Origin: Mobula hypostoma
Lineage: Eukaryota
Direction of reading: 5' to 3'
DNA length: 64,000 bases
Assembly: GCF_963921235.1 (NCBI RefSeq)
Contig: NC_086123.1
Span: 31,682,001 to 31,746,000, forward strand
Both the position numbers and the translations under genes were made by a program. This document shows, piece by piece, positions 63,571 through 64,000 of this stretch; within the stretch, counting starts at the first letter, position 1; each line of letters starts with the position of its first letter. The notes below the pieces were generated by a model that worked only from the letters and a program-made list of their open reading frames with translations, was not told the DNA's origin and did not search any database.

Positions 63571-64000
63571 ACTATCATCCAAGCAATAGTATTCTGAACC
63601 AGATTGAATTCTTAGATCTGCTCCTCGGAGCAGCCAGAGTTATAAGCCCAGGCTTCATTCATATTAGTTTATCATAGTAGCAGGGCAAAAACACCACAAA
63701 ATTTGTAGAGATGGCAGCCACCGGAGAGAGGAATGAACGTCGTGGAGAGTGAGCAAAATCAGCCCGACCCTTGCCTCCGCACTTGGGCTTTCCGGTTTAT
63801 TCCCTACTGACAAACTCTCTAGATCATGGGGACTGATTAATATAAAACGTATGATTAAGTAAGCTATCAGAAGAAAAGAAAAGATAGATTTTTCAAAATA
63901 ATAATCATTTGTAAGGCAGTGAGGGGAATGGGAAGTTGCAGGTAATGAGCCCATTATCTTTATCCACCCTGGGACTTGAATTGCAAATTTTAGGAATGTT

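Noticed and set aside
52402-64000. Upstream SMTN exon (LEVT.DL.ERR.IRSAIR...KENW) or promoter
   Set aside because: Not found on reading this interval, so it is presumably beyond the window end.
1-64000. CRISPR arrays, operons, rRNA or true tRNA genes
   Set aside because: This is eukaryotic intronic DNA with no regularly spaced repeats. The tRNA-like boxes belong to SINE heads.

Overview
Vertebrate genomic DNA, most likely from a cartilaginous fish such as a ray (inferred from the repeat families), not prokaryotic. The window lies inside a large minus-strand smoothelin (SMTN) gene. Three coding exons are clearly recognisable (52308-52401, 31046-31124, 28379-28539) with canonical AG/GT sites and consistent phases, encoding the N-terminal smoothelin repeat region. 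The rest is intron filled with transposable elements. These include a full-length but decayed L1 with TSD, three truncated L1s, many CR1 and Rex1/Babar LINE fragments, tRNA/V-SINE-type and RTE-related SINEs, hAT, Tc1 and Tigger-like DNA transposon remnants, and about 10 Penelope-type terminal repeats. The most notable observations are: (1) the Penelope-type repeats carry minimal hammerhead ribozyme motifs, and one with an intact core lies sense within the SMTN pre-mRNA; (2) a 122-bp, 117/122-identical inverted pair of these repeats brackets two SMTN exons totalling 240 nt (phase 0-0, stop-free if circularised); (3) a BED-finger hAT-like element with a 6-bp TSD is nested in a Charlie-type hAT, and its sibling copy ends in an 84-bp mini-element; (4) a possible twin-priming CR1 inversion. 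I cannot claim a wholly new biological system from sequence alone. TE boundaries without a TSD/TIR are approximate.
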